Positions 9,620 to 19,268 of a DNA stretch of 64,000 bases are shown here, piece after piece (the stretch's first letter is position 1; the number at the start of each line of letters is the position of its first letter). Under the pieces are notes generated by a model, which saw only the letters and a program-made list of their open reading frames with translations, did no database searches and had not been told where the DNA came from. The position numbers were made by a program, and so were the translations under genes. This stretch comes from Anaerolineae bacterium. Its GTDB lineage: Bacteria > Chloroflexota > Anaerolineae > UBA1429. The stretch lies in contig JAXGMP010000001.1 of the NCBI GenBank assembly GCA_040768605.1, forward strand, positions 1,483,740-1,547,739, given 5' to 3'.

Positions 9620-10067
9620 ACGATCCTTCCTTGTGGCTGCACAGGCGGTTTGGGCGCAGGGCGCGCCGCGGCTCGCTGCTGCTGGGCAAAGGGGCGCCAG
9701 GCCAGGTCGGTGGCCCGGTCGCCGTTGCCCACCGCGATGAGGCCCCGGCAGGCACGGGTAGCGGTGGGACGGTGGGCAGCGCGCCTCCGCCGGCGAGTTG
9801 CCACGAGCCAGGCGGTAAGCAGTCCGCTGATGACCACTCGGCTGCAGAGGTGAGGGTTCATGGCGTTCACCTCCCGTCGCGCTGCATGGTCAACGGCAGG
9901 CGACCCGGCCGCTGCAGCGCCCTCCACTGTATCACGGGCCCACCGAGGGGGCAACCGCAGGATCGCAGCAGCCCGTCTGCTGCCGAGTCGGTCCTCCCGC
10001 GGTCGTGGCGCAGGGCCGGCCCCCAGACCTGGCGGCAACGCCTCCCCGCAGATTGCCGGATCGCTTC

Positions 10068-10096
10068 TGGACACCTTCTGGCATTGGTGCTACAAT
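10068..10096 (+). promoter_or_regulatory. Sigma70-like promoter candidate, TGGACA-17 bp-TACAAT
   Basis: Hexamers read from the sequence. Lies about 170 nt upstream of the BMP substrate-binding-protein gene. Confidence 0.35.
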
Positions 10097-10109
10097 GGGG
10101 CGTGTCCAA

Positions 10110-10153
10110 CGGCGGCCACCCCAGGCGGTGTCGGCTGCCGTTTCTTTGTGTTT
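10110..10153 (+). terminator. Intrinsic-terminator-like hairpin (CGGCGGCC...GGCTGCCG) plus UUUCUUUGUGUUU inside the 5' leader of the BMP ABC operon; candidate attenuator or 3' end of a small RNA
   Basis: GC stem with one G-U pair followed by a 13-nt U-rich tract. There is no plus-strand gene upstream, and the hairpin sits between the promoter-like element and the start codon at 10265. Confidence 0.45.
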
Positions 10154-10264
10154 GGAAGTATCCGCGCTACAGAGAAGGAAGGAGACAGAGGACCCCCCAG
10201 GCGAGAATAGCGTGCTGGACCGTGCCGTCATCGTGACGCCCATCTACATGAGTGGAGGAGATAC

Positions 10265-11449
10265 ATGTTCAGTAAGAGGGTCGGGGCTCTACTGGCCATC
10301 CTCATGGTGCTGACAGTAGCCCTCAGCGGCTGCGTTGTGAGCAAGAACGACGAGGAATTCGTGTTCGGCGTGATCCTGGTCGGCCCGCAGAACGACCACG
10401 GCTGGAGCGAGGCGCACTTCCAGGGCGCCAGCTACGCCGCGGAGCGCATCGAAGGAGCCAGGATGATCGTTCTCGACAAGATGAACTCGGCCGACCGCGC
10501 CGGTACGACGCTCGAGCAGGTCGTCGATGAGATGGTGTCGCAGGGCGCCCAGCTCATCTTCACCACCTCTGATGACTTTGCAGACGACACCGACGTGGCC
10601 GCCGCCAAGTACCCGAACATCCCCTTTGTCCACATTTCCGGTGACCACGTCATCACGGGCAAGGCTCCGGCCAACGTCTCCAACTACATGGCCAAGATGG
10701 AGTACATGAAGGCCGTGGCCGGTTGCGCCGCCGCCCTCAAGACCGAGACGGGCAGCATGGCCTACCTTGGCCCCCTCGTGAACAGCGAGACGCGCCGCCT
10801 GGCCTCCGCCGTCTACCTTGGCGCGCAGGACTGCTACGAGCTGTACCGCAACGAGGACCCCGCCGACCTGCGGTTCGTCGTCAACTGGATCGGCTTCTGG
10901 TTCAACATCCCGGGCGTCACCCTCGACCCCAGTGAGGTCGCCGACGACATGTTCAACGGCGGGGCCGATGTGATCATCTCGGGCATCGACACGACCGAGG
11001 CCATCGTCAAGGCCGGGCAGCGCGCCGACAAGGGCGAGCAGGTCTGGGCCATTCCCTACGACTATGAGGGCGCCTGCGCGCTCAAGCCCGAGGTTTGCCT
11101 CGGCACCCCCTACTTTAACTGGGGTCCCGCCTACCTCGACATGATCCAGCGCGCCAAGGCCGGCACGCTCAAGCAGGACTGGGTCTGGGTGGATCCCGTA
11201 TGGGACGCCCTGAACGATCCGGACAAGGCCACCGTCGGCTATGCCTTTGGCGATGCCCTGTCCGACGAGGATCGGGCCAACCTGAACGACTATATCAGCA
11301 AGCTCGCCAGCGGCGAGGTGGTGCTCTTCGAGGGTCCCCTGAACCTCCAGGACGGCAGTGAGTACGTCCCGGCGGGAGAAAAGGCCACCGATGAGCAGAT
11401 CTGGCGACTCCCGATGCTCCTCGAGGGCATGGAGGGTCCCAGCAACTAG
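10265..11449 (+). CDS. BMP-family ABC transporter substrate-binding lipoprotein (nucleoside/purine-binding type)
   Basis: Lipoprotein signal with lipobox LSGC. BMP/PnrA-like fold indicated by GVILVGPQNDHGWSEAH. SD GGAGGAGA is present. Confidence 0.92.
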   Translation: MFSKRVGALLAILMVLTVALSGCVVSKNDEEFVFGVILVGPQNDHGWSEAHFQGASYAAERIEGARMIVLDKMNSADRAGTTLEQVVDEMVSQGAQLIFTTSDDFADDTDVAAAKYPNIPFVHISGDHVITGKAPANVSNYMAKMEYMKAVAGCAAALKTETGSMAYLGPLVNSETRRLASAVYLGAQDCYELYRNEDPADLRFVVNWIGFWFNIPGVTLDPSEVADDMFNGGADVIISGIDTTEAIVKAGQRADKGEQVWAIPYDYEGACALKPEVCLGTPYFNWGPAYLDMIQRAKAGTLKQDWVWVDPVWDALNDPDKATVGYAFGDALSDEDRANLNDYISKLASGEVVLFEGPLNLQDGSEYVPAGEKATDEQIWRLPMLLEGMEGPSN

Positions 11450-11459
11450 GGCTACGCGC

Positions 11460-11487
11460 GGGGGCAGGCAGCAGCTGCCTGCCCCCG
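11460..11487 (+). other. Perfect intercistronic hairpin (GGGGCAGGCAGC / GCTGCCTGCCCC) between the substrate-binding-protein and ATPase genes
   Basis: 12-bp perfect inverted repeat. Typical of an mRNA-stabilising or partial terminator that raises substrate-binding-protein to transporter stoichiometry. Confidence 0.4.
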
Positions 11488-11506
11488 CCGAACTCTGGCT
11501 AGGCCT

Positions 11507-12970
11507 ATGAAAGTAGAACTACAAGACATCTCCAAGAGGTTTGGCGCCGTTCAGGCCAACCGCCGGGTCTCGCTCACCGTGGACCGCGGCACGATCCATG
11601 GGCTACTTGGCGAGAACGGCGCCGGCAAGACCACTCTGATGAAGGTGCTCTCCGGCTATCTCACGGCCGATGCCGGGCGCATCGTCCTGGACGGCCATGA
11701 GGTGCGTTTCGCGTCCCCTTCGGACGCCATCGCCCACGGCATCGGCATGCTCCACCAGGACCCCCTGGACATCCCGCCCCTCAGCGCGCTGGACAACTTT
11801 TTGCTCGGGCGCCGCTCTGGCACTCTGCAGCCACGGCGGCAAGCCCGTCAGGAGCTCACAGCGCTCTGCGCGCGGTTTGGGTTTGCTCTGGATCCGGATG
11901 AGCCGGTCGCCAACCTGACGGTCGGCGAGCGCCAACAGCTGGAGCTGGTGCGCCTCCTCTCGCTCGGTGCCCGGATCATCATCCTGGATGAGCCCACCAC
12001 CGGCATCTCGGCGCCACAGAAGGTGCTGATGTTCCAGACGCTCCGCCAGCTGGCGGAAGAGGGCATGTCGGTCGTCTTTGTCTCACACAAGCTGGACGAG
12101 GTCGAGGAGCTCTGCTCAGAGGTCACCGTGCTGCGGGGCGGCTCGGTGGCAGGCGCGGCCACGGCGCCCTTCTCCAGCCAGAGCCTGGTGCGCATGATGT
12201 TCGGCAAGGAGTTGGCGGCCCCCAGCCGGGCGGCCTGCCCCATCGGCGCCGTGCGCCTCGAGTTCGACGACGCCTCGGTACACACGTACCGCCTGAGCGT
12301 CAACCACCTGTCGCTCTCGCTGCGCTGCGGAGAGGTGATCGGCCTGGCCGGCCTGGAAGGCAGCGGGCAGCGCCTGCTGATGCAGGCGGCCGCCGGCATC
12401 CTGCCGGTGCGTTCTGGCAGGCTCCTGCTTGATGGCCAGGACATGGTCCGGCAGCCTTATCACCGCTTTCAGCAGATGGGCGTAGCCTATGTGCCCGCCG
12501 CCCGGCTCGAGGAGGGGCTGGTCGCCGGCATGACGCTGCGCGAGCACTTTGCCCTGGCCGGCAACGGCCGCGGCCTGCTGGTGCGCTGGGACGAGGCCGA
12601 CGCACGCGCCGATGAGCGCCTCCGTGCCTTCCACGTGGTCGGCCAGCCACACACCCAAGTGCAGGACCTTTCCGGGGGTAACCAGCAGCGCGCTGTCCTC
12701 TCTCTCCTGCCCGACGCGCTTCGGCTGCTGATCCTTGAGCACCCCACCCGCGGGCTCGATTTGGAGTCGGCGGCCTACATCTGGGAGCGGCTGCTTGGCC
12801 GTCGCGAACAGGGCACTGCTATCCTGTTCTCCTCCACCGACCTGGACGAGCTGGTACAGAACAGCGACCGCATCGTCGTGTTCTCCGGCGGGGTGATGTC
12901 ACAGCCCGTCGCTGCCGGCGCTGTCGACGCGGAGAGACTGGGATATCTGATCGGGGGGAAACAGGAATGA
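11507..12970 (+). CDS. ABC transporter ATP-binding protein with duplicated ATPase domains
   Basis: Walker A motifs GENGAGKTT and GLEGSGQ. Two nucleotide-binding domains, as in the ATPases of BMP/sugar ABC systems. Confidence 0.93.
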   Translation: MKVELQDISKRFGAVQANRRVSLTVDRGTIHGLLGENGAGKTTLMKVLSGYLTADAGRIVLDGHEVRFASPSDAIAHGIGMLHQDPLDIPPLSALDNFLLGRRSGTLQPRRQARQELTALCARFGFALDPDEPVANLTVGERQQLELVRLLSLGARIIILDEPTTGISAPQKVLMFQTLRQLAEEGMSVVFVSHKLDEVEELCSEVTVLRGGSVAGAATAPFSSQSLVRMMFGKELAAPSRAACPIGAVRLEFDDASVHTYRLSVNHLSLSLRCGEVIGLAGLEGSGQRLLMQAAAGILPVRSGRLLLDGQDMVRQPYHRFQQMGVAYVPAARLEEGLVAGMTLREHFALAGNGRGLLVRWDEADARADERLRAFHVVGQPHTQVQDLSGGNQQRAVLSLLPDALRLLILEHPTRGLDLESAAYIWERLLGRREQGTAILFSSTDLDELVQNSDRIVVFSGGVMSQPVAAGAVDAERLGYLIGGKQE

Positions 12971-14031
12971 CCATCCGCTCCAAGGCCGAGGGCGTCCTGA
13001 GCTGGCTAGCCCCCGTGCTGGCCACGCTGGCGTTCATCACGGTCATCCTCCTGGTGGCCGGAGCGAACCCCTGGGATGCCTACGTGGCCATGTTTGGCGG
13101 GGCATTCGCGGGTACGCGCAACATCGCCGACGTCGTGGTCGCCATGGTCCCGCTGATGCTGGCCTCGGCCGGCATGTTGATCACCTTCGCTGCGGGCCTC
13201 ATGAACATCGGCGTCGAGGGGCAGATCATTGCCGGCGCGCTGGGAGCCACCTGGGTTGTGCAGGCCTGCGGCGACGCGCCCCCGCCCGCCGCGATTCTCC
13301 TGCCGCTCACGATTCTGGGGGGCATGGCCGGGGGTGGTGCCTGGGGCCTGCTGGTGGGGGTACTCAGGACCCACGGCGGTGTCCATGAGATCTTTGGCGG
13401 CCTGGGGCTCAACTTTGTGGCCCTGGCGCTGACCAACTATCTGATCTTTGGCCCCTGGCGCCCGCCTGACGGAGCGACCATGAGTGGCACCGATCCCTTT
13501 CCCCGCGAGGCCTGGATGCCGACCATCGGCGATACGCGCGCTGCCCTGGTGCCCGCCCTGGTCGCCGTGGCGGCCATCATCGTGGTCTACGTCCTGCTGA
13601 AAGACACGAACTGGGGCCTGCGGCTCAAAGCGATCGGGCTCAACGGCAAGGCCGCCCACCGCATGGGCATCGATAACAAGAAGAACATGCTGCTCGCCTT
13701 CCTGCTGTGCGGCGTTCTGGCGGGGCTGGCGGGCTCCTTCCAGGCCACGGCCGTGTACCGGCGCCTGATCCCCAGCATTTCCGCGGGGTACGGCTACATG
13801 GCCCAGCTGGTGGTGTTGCTGTCTGGCCTGCGCGCCGAGTGGGTGCCCCTCATCGTGCTGTTCTTCTCAGCGGTCGACGTGGGCAGCCCGCGGCTGGAGC
13901 TGCGCCTGCTGCTCGACTCGTCGCTGGGCGGCGTGCTGCAGAGCTCCATGGTGCTGGCCTTTCTGATCGTCAGGGGGCTGCGCGAGCGCCTGACCCTACT
14001 GCGCCGGCCGCAAGGCTCGGCCGAGGACTAG
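12967..14031 (+). CDS. ABC transporter permease (branched-chain/BMP-associated type)
   Basis: Polytopic membrane protein. ATGA overlap with the ATPase gene. Confidence 0.9.
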   Translation: MTIRSKAEGVLSWLAPVLATLAFITVILLVAGANPWDAYVAMFGGAFAGTRNIADVVVAMVPLMLASAGMLITFAAGLMNIGVEGQIIAGALGATWVVQACGDAPPPAAILLPLTILGGMAGGGAWGLLVGVLRTHGGVHEIFGGLGLNFVALALTNYLIFGPWRPPDGATMSGTDPFPREAWMPTIGDTRAALVPALVAVAAIIVVYVLLKDTNWGLRLKAIGLNGKAAHRMGIDNKKNMLLAFLLCGVLAGLAGSFQATAVYRRLIPSISAGYGYMAQLVVLLSGLRAEWVPLIVLFFSAVDVGSPRLELRLLLDSSLGGVLQSSMVLAFLIVRGLRERLTLLRRPQGSAED

Positions 14032-14038
14032 TCTGCTG

Positions 14039-15013
14039 ATGAACGTGACGCTGGTGCTACAGACCATCTCATCGGTCCTGGCGGCCTCCACTCCGCTCGT
14101 CTTTGCCGGCATCGGCGAGACGATCTCGGAAAAGGCCGGCGTGGTGAACCTCTCTCTGGACGGGACGATCCTTCTCTCGGCCATGGTGGGCTTTGCTGCG
14201 GCTTACGTTACGGGCAGCGTGGTGGTAGGCATCCTGGCCGCGATGCTGGTCGGGGCACTCATCGCGTTGCTGGTCGCCTACGGGTGCATCGCCCTCAAGC
14301 AGGATCAGGTCGCCGTTGGCTTTGTGCTGACTCTCCTCTGCGCCGACCTGAGCTCCTTCCTGGGCAAGCCCTTCGTGCGCATCCCGGGGCCCAGCGTCCC
14401 CCACGCGCCGATCCCACTGCTGGCCGACATTCCCGTGCTCGGCCCCATCTTTTTCCAGCACAATGCTCTGGTCTACCTGGGCTATGTCCTGGTAATCGGG
14501 ACCTGGCTATGGCTCACCTACACGCGGCAGGGGTTGCAGCTGCGCGCCGTCGGCGAGCGGCCGGAGGCTGCCTTTGCCCGCGGGCTGAACGTGAACAGGA
14601 TGCGCTACCTGTACACGGCGCTGGGCGGTGCACTGGTGGGGTTGGCCGGCGCTACCTACTCCCTCTCGGTCAAGCTGGGCTGGAGCCACCGCCACACTTC
14701 CGGCATGGGCTGGATCGCCCTGGCCATCGTCATCTTTGGCGGATGGCACCCCATCCGTGTGGCGCTTGGCGCCTTCCTGTTCGGCGCGCTCAAGTCGTTG
14801 GGCAGCATTCTGCAGCCCGTCTACCCCAACGTCCCCTCGCAGGTGTTCCAGGCCGCGCCGTTTGCGCTGATGATCGTGGCGCTGCTCTTGACCAGCGCCC
14901 GCATCGAGGAGCATCTGCCCGCATTTGTGCCCGCGGCGCTGCGGCGCACGGTGGGCAACCTAGTCCGCGGCACCCCGCCCGCTGGCCTGGGGCAACGCTT
15001 CGAGCAGGGCTAG
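14039..15013 (+). CDS. ABC transporter permease (second permease of the BMP system)
   Basis: Polytopic membrane protein in operon position four. Confidence 0.9.
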   Translation: MNVTLVLQTISSVLAASTPLVFAGIGETISEKAGVVNLSLDGTILLSAMVGFAAAYVTGSVVVGILAAMLVGALIALLVAYGCIALKQDQVAVGFVLTLLCADLSSFLGKPFVRIPGPSVPHAPIPLLADIPVLGPIFFQHNALVYLGYVLVIGTWLWLTYTRQGLQLRAVGERPEAAFARGLNVNRMRYLYTALGGALVGLAGATYSLSVKLGWSHRHTSGMGWIALAIVIFGGWHPIRVALGAFLFGALKSLGSILQPVYPNVPSQVFQAAPFALMIVALLLTSARIEEHLPAFVPAALRRTVGNLVRGTPPAGLGQRFEQG

Positions 15014-15017
15014 GGGC

Positions 15018-15923
15018 CTACAGCAGCCCAATCAGGATCGTCAACGTCACGGCCGACAGCAGCGTGGAGAAAAAGATCACGCTGGTGACGTACTCGGGGT
15101 CGGCGCCAAACTCGATGGCCATCAGCGACGAAGAGACGGCCGTCGGCGTGGCCGCCTCGACGATCCCCACCTGCCGCGCCAGCCCCTGCAGCCCCACGAG
15201 CGGCGCCAGCGCCACCGCCGATCCCGCCCCGACCACTAGCCGCAGGAACACGCCGAGCGCCACATCCTTGTAGTGCTTGCCAACGTGCGTCTGCGATAGC
15301 TGCAAGCCCAGCAACAGGAGCAGGATCGGCACCGCTGCCCTCCCCACCAGCGAGATCGGCTCGAGCAGCATCTCCGGCACCTGCACGCCTAGCAGGCGTA
15401 GGCCAAAGGCCAGCAGAAAGGCGTACATCCCCGGCAGCCGCGCCATCCTGCCGAGCGCCACGCGCATCCCCCCGTCGCCTCGCGCGGCAAAGAAGGCCCC
15501 CAGCGTGTGGGCCGCCAGGCTAGAGATCACAAAGAACGCCGAGGCCAGCGCCAGCCCCTCCTCACCATACGAGAAGAGAATGACCGAAAGGCCAAAGTTC
15601 CCCGAGTTGACAAAGGCAGTCGCCAGCACCAGACCATCGACCTTGCGCGAGGGCCAGCGCAGGGCCCAGCCCACCAGCAGGGCGATACCGATCATGGCCA
15701 GCGTCGTTACCAGCGAAAAGAGGAGCATCTGGGCGAACCGTGCTGGGTCCACCGTGGAGTTGATGATGAGCGAGAAGAGCAGACACGGCGAAAGCACGTA
15801 CAGGGCCATGCGCGAGAGTGACTTGTGTTCTACGTGCAAAAGGCGGTCCATCAGCACGCCGGCGCCAATGATGAGGAAGGCCGGCAGAATGTTGTTCAAG
15901 AAGATGGTCGCAAACGTAGCCAA
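15018..15923 (-). CDS. AEC-family (auxin efflux carrier / malate permease-like) transporter
   Basis: Conserved N-terminus FATIFLNNILPAFLIIGAGVL. The likely start is TTG at 15923, preceded by GGGAGG at 6-nt spacing. The ORF-track start at 15950 is also TTG but has no RBS. Confidence 0.82.
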   Translation of the reverse strand: MATFATIFLNNILPAFLIIGAGVLMDRLLHVEHKSLSRMALYVLSPCLLFSLIINSTVDPARFAQMLLFSLVTTLAMIGIALLVGWALRWPSRKVDGLVLATAFVNSGNFGLSVILFSYGEEGLALASAFFVISSLAAHTLGAFFAARGDGGMRVALGRMARLPGMYAFLLAFGLRLLGVQVPEMLLEPISLVGRAAVPILLLLLGLQLSQTHVGKHYKDVALGVFLRLVVGAGSAVALAPLVGLQGLARQVGIVEAATPTAVSSSLMAIEFGADPEYVTSVIFFSTLLSAVTLTILIGLL

Positions 15924-15989
15924 GAAGGACCTCCCATTGCGAGCCTGCAAACACTCGACGCGTGGAGCCTTTCCAGGCCCCAGTACAGA

Positions 15990-16709
15990 CTAGAGCGATA
16001 CTAGCAGGTTGGCGGCGATACCCAGCAGCAGCGCGACTCCGGAGTAGCGAAAGACCTGCGTGCTGACCCGCTGAAACACCTGCTTGCCGAGGTACCAGGC
16101 GCCCACCACGGGCACCAGAATCAGGACGCCCTGCTCCAGAGCCTCACGCGAGGCCAGCCCCTGAGACACCAGCAGAACCAGCCGAAAGGCACCCATCAGC
16201 AGAAAGAGCGCCGAATAGTAGGCCTTGCAGCATTCCTTCTCCCAGCCGCGCAACAGGGCAAAGAGCACCAGCGGCGGCCCACCGGTGCCAAGGGCGCCGT
16301 TGAACACGCCGCTGGTGGCCCCGGCCACCAGGTTCAACCAGCGCGCACCAAAGCGCCGCCCCTTGGGGGTCCACAGCACGGTGACCACGCCGGCCAGGAT
16401 GATCGTTACCACGCCGATCTTGAGGACGTCCTCGCTCAGCACGGTGAGCAGCCACACGCCGACCGCGACGGCAGGCACGCCTGTCAGGAGCGTCGGCCAC
16501 AGCTCTGGCCAGGGAAGATCATGGCGGACGGACCACAGGTTGGCGGCGGCGAGAACCACAGCGAGCACTGCGCCGACCACCGTGGCCTGTTGCACCGGCA
16601 TAACGGTCACCAGCGTACCCATGAGGATCAGCCCCGAGCCAAAGCCCGTCAGGCCGGAGACAAAGCCGCTCAGGGTGCCGAGAAGAATGAGCTGCACGGA
16701 ACTGATCAA
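15990..16709 (-). CDS. TauE/SafE (DUF81) family membrane transporter
   Basis: Two GxGGG-like repeats typical of TauE (LTGFGSGLIL, NGALGTGGPPLV). Probable TTG start with GAGGTGG upstream; the upstream ORF extension to 16772 is Arg/Ala-rich with no RBS. Confidence 0.78.
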   Translation of the reverse strand: MISSVQLILLGTLSGFVSGLTGFGSGLILMGTLVTVMPVQQATVVGAVLAVVLAAANLWSVRHDLPWPELWPTLLTGVPAVAVGVWLLTVLSEDVLKIGVVTIILAGVVTVLWTPKGRRFGARWLNLVAGATSGVFNGALGTGGPPLVLFALLRGWEKECCKAYYSALFLLMGAFRLVLLVSQGLASREALEQGVLILVPVVGAWYLGKQVFQRVSTQVFRYSGVALLLGIAANLLVSL

Positions 16710-16765
16710 GGCACCACCTCGCCGAGCGAGCAGCGCGGCACTAGGGCCGCGGGACCATGCACCAT

Positions 16766-16794
16766 TTGACAAACCCCCTGCCGGGCGATACCAT
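16766..16794 (+). promoter_or_regulatory. Promoter candidate TTGACA-17 bp-TACCAT upstream of tyrS
   Basis: Hexamers seen in the sequence. The leader is only about 60 nt, so there is no room for a T-box. Confidence 0.3.
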
Positions 16795-16857
16795 CGAGTT
16801 TCGGCAATCGGCCAATGCTAGGGGATTAGTGCGGCCGCGTCAAGTTGAGGTGCAGGC

Positions 16858-18084
16858 ATGAAGAACGCCTACGACGTACTGAAGGAACGGGGTTTCATCG
16901 AGCAGGTGTCGTCTGAGGAGGGCCTGAGGGCTGCCCTTGAGCAACCGCTGACCTGCTATGTGGGCTATGACCCCTCAGCCGCCAGCCTGCACGTCGGCCA
17001 TCTCTGCACGATCATGGCGCTGGCCCATCTGCAGCAGCATGGCCACCGCCCCATCGTCATTGTTGGCGGCGGCACCGGCATGATCGGCGACCCCTCGGGG
17101 CGCACGGAGATGCGGCAACTCCTCTCCGAGGAGCAGATCGGCAAAAACCTCGCCGCCCTGCAGGAACAGATCGGCCGCTTCGTGGACTTTACAGGGGGCC
17201 GCGCCCTGATGCGTAACAACGCTGACTGGCTGCGCGACCTGCGCTACATCGACTTTTTGCGCGACGTTGGCCGGCACTTTTCGGTCAACCGCATGCTGGC
17301 CGCCGAGTCGTACCGCTCGCGCCTCGAGGAGGGCCTCTCCTTCTTGGAGTTCAACTACCAGCTGCTGCAGGCCTACGACTTTCTGCACCTCTACCAGGAG
17401 TATGGCTGCCGGCTACAGATGGGCGGCAACGACCAGTGGGGCAACATCCTGGCCGGCGTCGACCTAATCCGGCGCATGGACGGTGGCGAGGCGTTCGCCC
17501 TGACCCTGCCGCTCTTGACCACCGCTTCGGGAGCCAAGATGGGCAAGACGGCGCAGGGCGCGGTGTGGCTGGATGCCGAGCGGCTCTCTCCCTTCGACTT
17601 TTACCAGTTCTGGGTCAACGTGGAGGATGCCGACGTCGCGCGCTTCCTGCGCATCTTCACCTTCCTACCGCTCGACGAGATCGAGCGCCTCGGACGCCTT
17701 GAGGGCGCCGACGTTCGCCAGGCCAAGGAGGTTCTCGCCTTCGAGGTGACGCGCAACACGCACGGCGCCGAGGCAGCCGAGGCGGCCAAGGAGTCGGCCC
17801 GCAAGCTCTTTGGCGGCGGTGGCCTGGCCGCCGACGTGCCCACGACCGAGGTGGACGAAGGCCTGCTGCAGGAAGGGGTCCCGGTGGCAGAGCTCTTTGA
17901 GCGCGCGGGGCTGGTGCGTTCGCGGAGCGAGGCGCGCCGGCTGATCGAGCAGGGCGGGGCGTACCTCAACGAGGAGCCGGTCGAGACGATCGACCGCGTG
18001 GTCACCGCGGAGGATCTCCGCGACGGGTCGGTCCTCCTGCGCGCTGGGAAGAAGCGCTACCGCCGCGTGACTATCGCCGGATAG
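16858..18084 (+). CDS. tyrS: Tyrosine--tRNA ligase
   Basis: HIGH motif HVGHL and KMSKS-type motif KMGKT. C-terminal S4-like domain. Confidence 0.95.
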   Translation: MKNAYDVLKERGFIEQVSSEEGLRAALEQPLTCYVGYDPSAASLHVGHLCTIMALAHLQQHGHRPIVIVGGGTGMIGDPSGRTEMRQLLSEEQIGKNLAALQEQIGRFVDFTGGRALMRNNADWLRDLRYIDFLRDVGRHFSVNRMLAAESYRSRLEEGLSFLEFNYQLLQAYDFLHLYQEYGCRLQMGGNDQWGNILAGVDLIRRMDGGEAFALTLPLLTTASGAKMGKTAQGAVWLDAERLSPFDFYQFWVNVEDADVARFLRIFTFLPLDEIERLGRLEGADVRQAKEVLAFEVTRNTHGAEAAEAAKESARKLFGGGGLAADVPTTEVDEGLLQEGVPVAELFERAGLVRSRSEARRLIEQGGAYLNEEPVETIDRVVTAEDLRDGSVLLRAGKKRYRRVTIAG

Positions 18085-18108
18085 AGCGAGGGCCTCAGGA
18101 TCCTTCTT

Positions 18109-18144
18109 GGGCACGGCAGCGCGCTAGTACGTGCTGCCGTGCCC
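18109..18144 (+). terminator. 12-bp perfect hairpin (GGGCACGGCAGC / GCTGCCGTGCCC) between the convergent tyrS and nuclease genes
   Basis: Inverted repeat seen directly. It is flanked by a T-rich stretch 5' and followed by TTGGCCTTG. Confidence 0.45.
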
Positions 18145-18153
18145 TTGGCCTTG

Positions 18154-19143
18154 TCAGCCAGCCACCCACCCGATGACGCGGTCGCCGTAGCATAGCAGTC
18201 GGTAGGGACAGCGCCCGCAGGCCCAGGGCAGCTCCGCCAGGCTCGCCTCTCGCTCGGCCAGCGGCGGGAAGCGTCGCGGAGAGGCGATGTTCCGGCCACG
18301 ATCGTCCAGCGCTCCGCGGAGCAGCGCGATGCTCGCCGCAATCGCCTCCTCAGCGCGCTGCAGGCCCCCCTCGCCCAGAGGGAACTCGAGCACCGCGGTG
18401 CCGTTCAGGTCGGCCACCAGGCAGGCCAGGCGCTCCTCAGGCTGTCCCCACTGGCGCGCCGCGTACAGTGCGTAGGTGGCCAGCTGGGCCGCGTGCTGGT
18501 CGGCACGCTCTTCAACGCTGGCGCCGGTCTTCCAGTCGACCACAGCGACACGACCGTCGTCCATCCGCAGCACGAGGTCCGGCACCGCCACCACCTGAAC
18601 TCCCCCCACCCCGATGGACCCGGCGGACTCGACCGAGAGCATCGTCATGGGGCGCCGCAGGGCCAGCGCGTACAGGGGATGCCCGGCCAGCCCCTCGGCA
18701 TAGTGCACAGCACGCTCCAGGGCGGCGCCCGTCTCGCGGGCGCCAAAGTCCAGCCGGTAGTAGTGGTCGTCGAGGATGGCGGAGACCTGCCGGGGCGGGT
18801 GGCCCGCCTCGCAACGGCGCACCGCGCGCCGTGAGGAGCGCAGGAGGCGCGTCATGGCCACGCGCGCGCTGGCCGCCAGGGTCCCCTCTGCCCAAGGTCG
18901 GCCGGTGGCCGCCGCCTGGAGAGAGTCGTGCGCCAGTTCGTGTACCACCCGCCCGATGAGCATGGGGGCCGTGGCCAACCTGCCCAGAAGGTAGATCAGG
19001 GTGCGGTCACCCGGTTCTCGCGGCGCGTTGCCCCCATAAGGAGCATAATAGCGGTAGTAGTACCGCCGCGGGCAGGTGCCGTACACCTGCCCGCGCGAGA
19101 AACTCCAGGAAAAGGGCTGCGTCCGCGTGTCCAGCCAGCTCAT
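18154..19143 (-). CDS. PD-(D/E)XK nuclease of the Cas4/AddB type with an Fe-S cysteine staple
   Basis: Nuclease motifs present (VPDLVLRMDDG, VVDWKTG as D/ExK, QLATYALY as QxxxY). One N-terminal Cys (GTCPRRYYY) plus C-terminal C-x2-C-x5-C (CGRCPYRLLC), as in Cas4/AddB. SD GAGGAGG. Confidence 0.8.
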   Translation of the reverse strand: MSWLDTRTQPFSWSFSRGQVYGTCPRRYYYRYYAPYGGNAPREPGDRTLIYLLGRLATAPMLIGRVVHELAHDSLQAAATGRPWAEGTLAASARVAMTRLLRSSRRAVRRCEAGHPPRQVSAILDDHYYRLDFGARETGAALERAVHYAEGLAGHPLYALALRRPMTMLSVESAGSIGVGGVQVVAVPDLVLRMDDGRVAVVDWKTGASVEERADQHAAQLATYALYAARQWGQPEERLACLVADLNGTAVLEFPLGEGGLQRAEEAIAASIALLRGALDDRGRNIASPRRFPPLAEREASLAELPWACGRCPYRLLCYGDRVIGWVAG

Positions 19144-19268
19144 GCCGGGGCCTCCTCGGGCGTTCTACACGTGCGCTCAGGGGCTCGTGCCGTTGACGCG
19201 GCCCGCCCGCTCACCTAGAATCACAGCCAACAGCCACCCCACAGCACCAGCCGCCTCAGGAGGCGCTC

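Noticed and set aside
9478-9862. Minus-strand small ORF starting MNPHLCSRVVISGLLTAWLVATRRRRR with a strong SD (GGGAGGTGA, 6-nt spacing)
   Set aside because: After one hydrophobic segment it becomes Arg/Ala/Pro low-complexity and overlaps the response-regulator gene out of frame by about 140 nt. This is possibly a short leader or regulatory ORF, but there is not enough support to call a gene.
16773-16857. T-box or other leader upstream of tyrS
   Set aside because: The intergenic leader is only about 85 nt and holds a promoter-like element and the SD; there is no room for Stem I, a specifier loop or an antiterminator.
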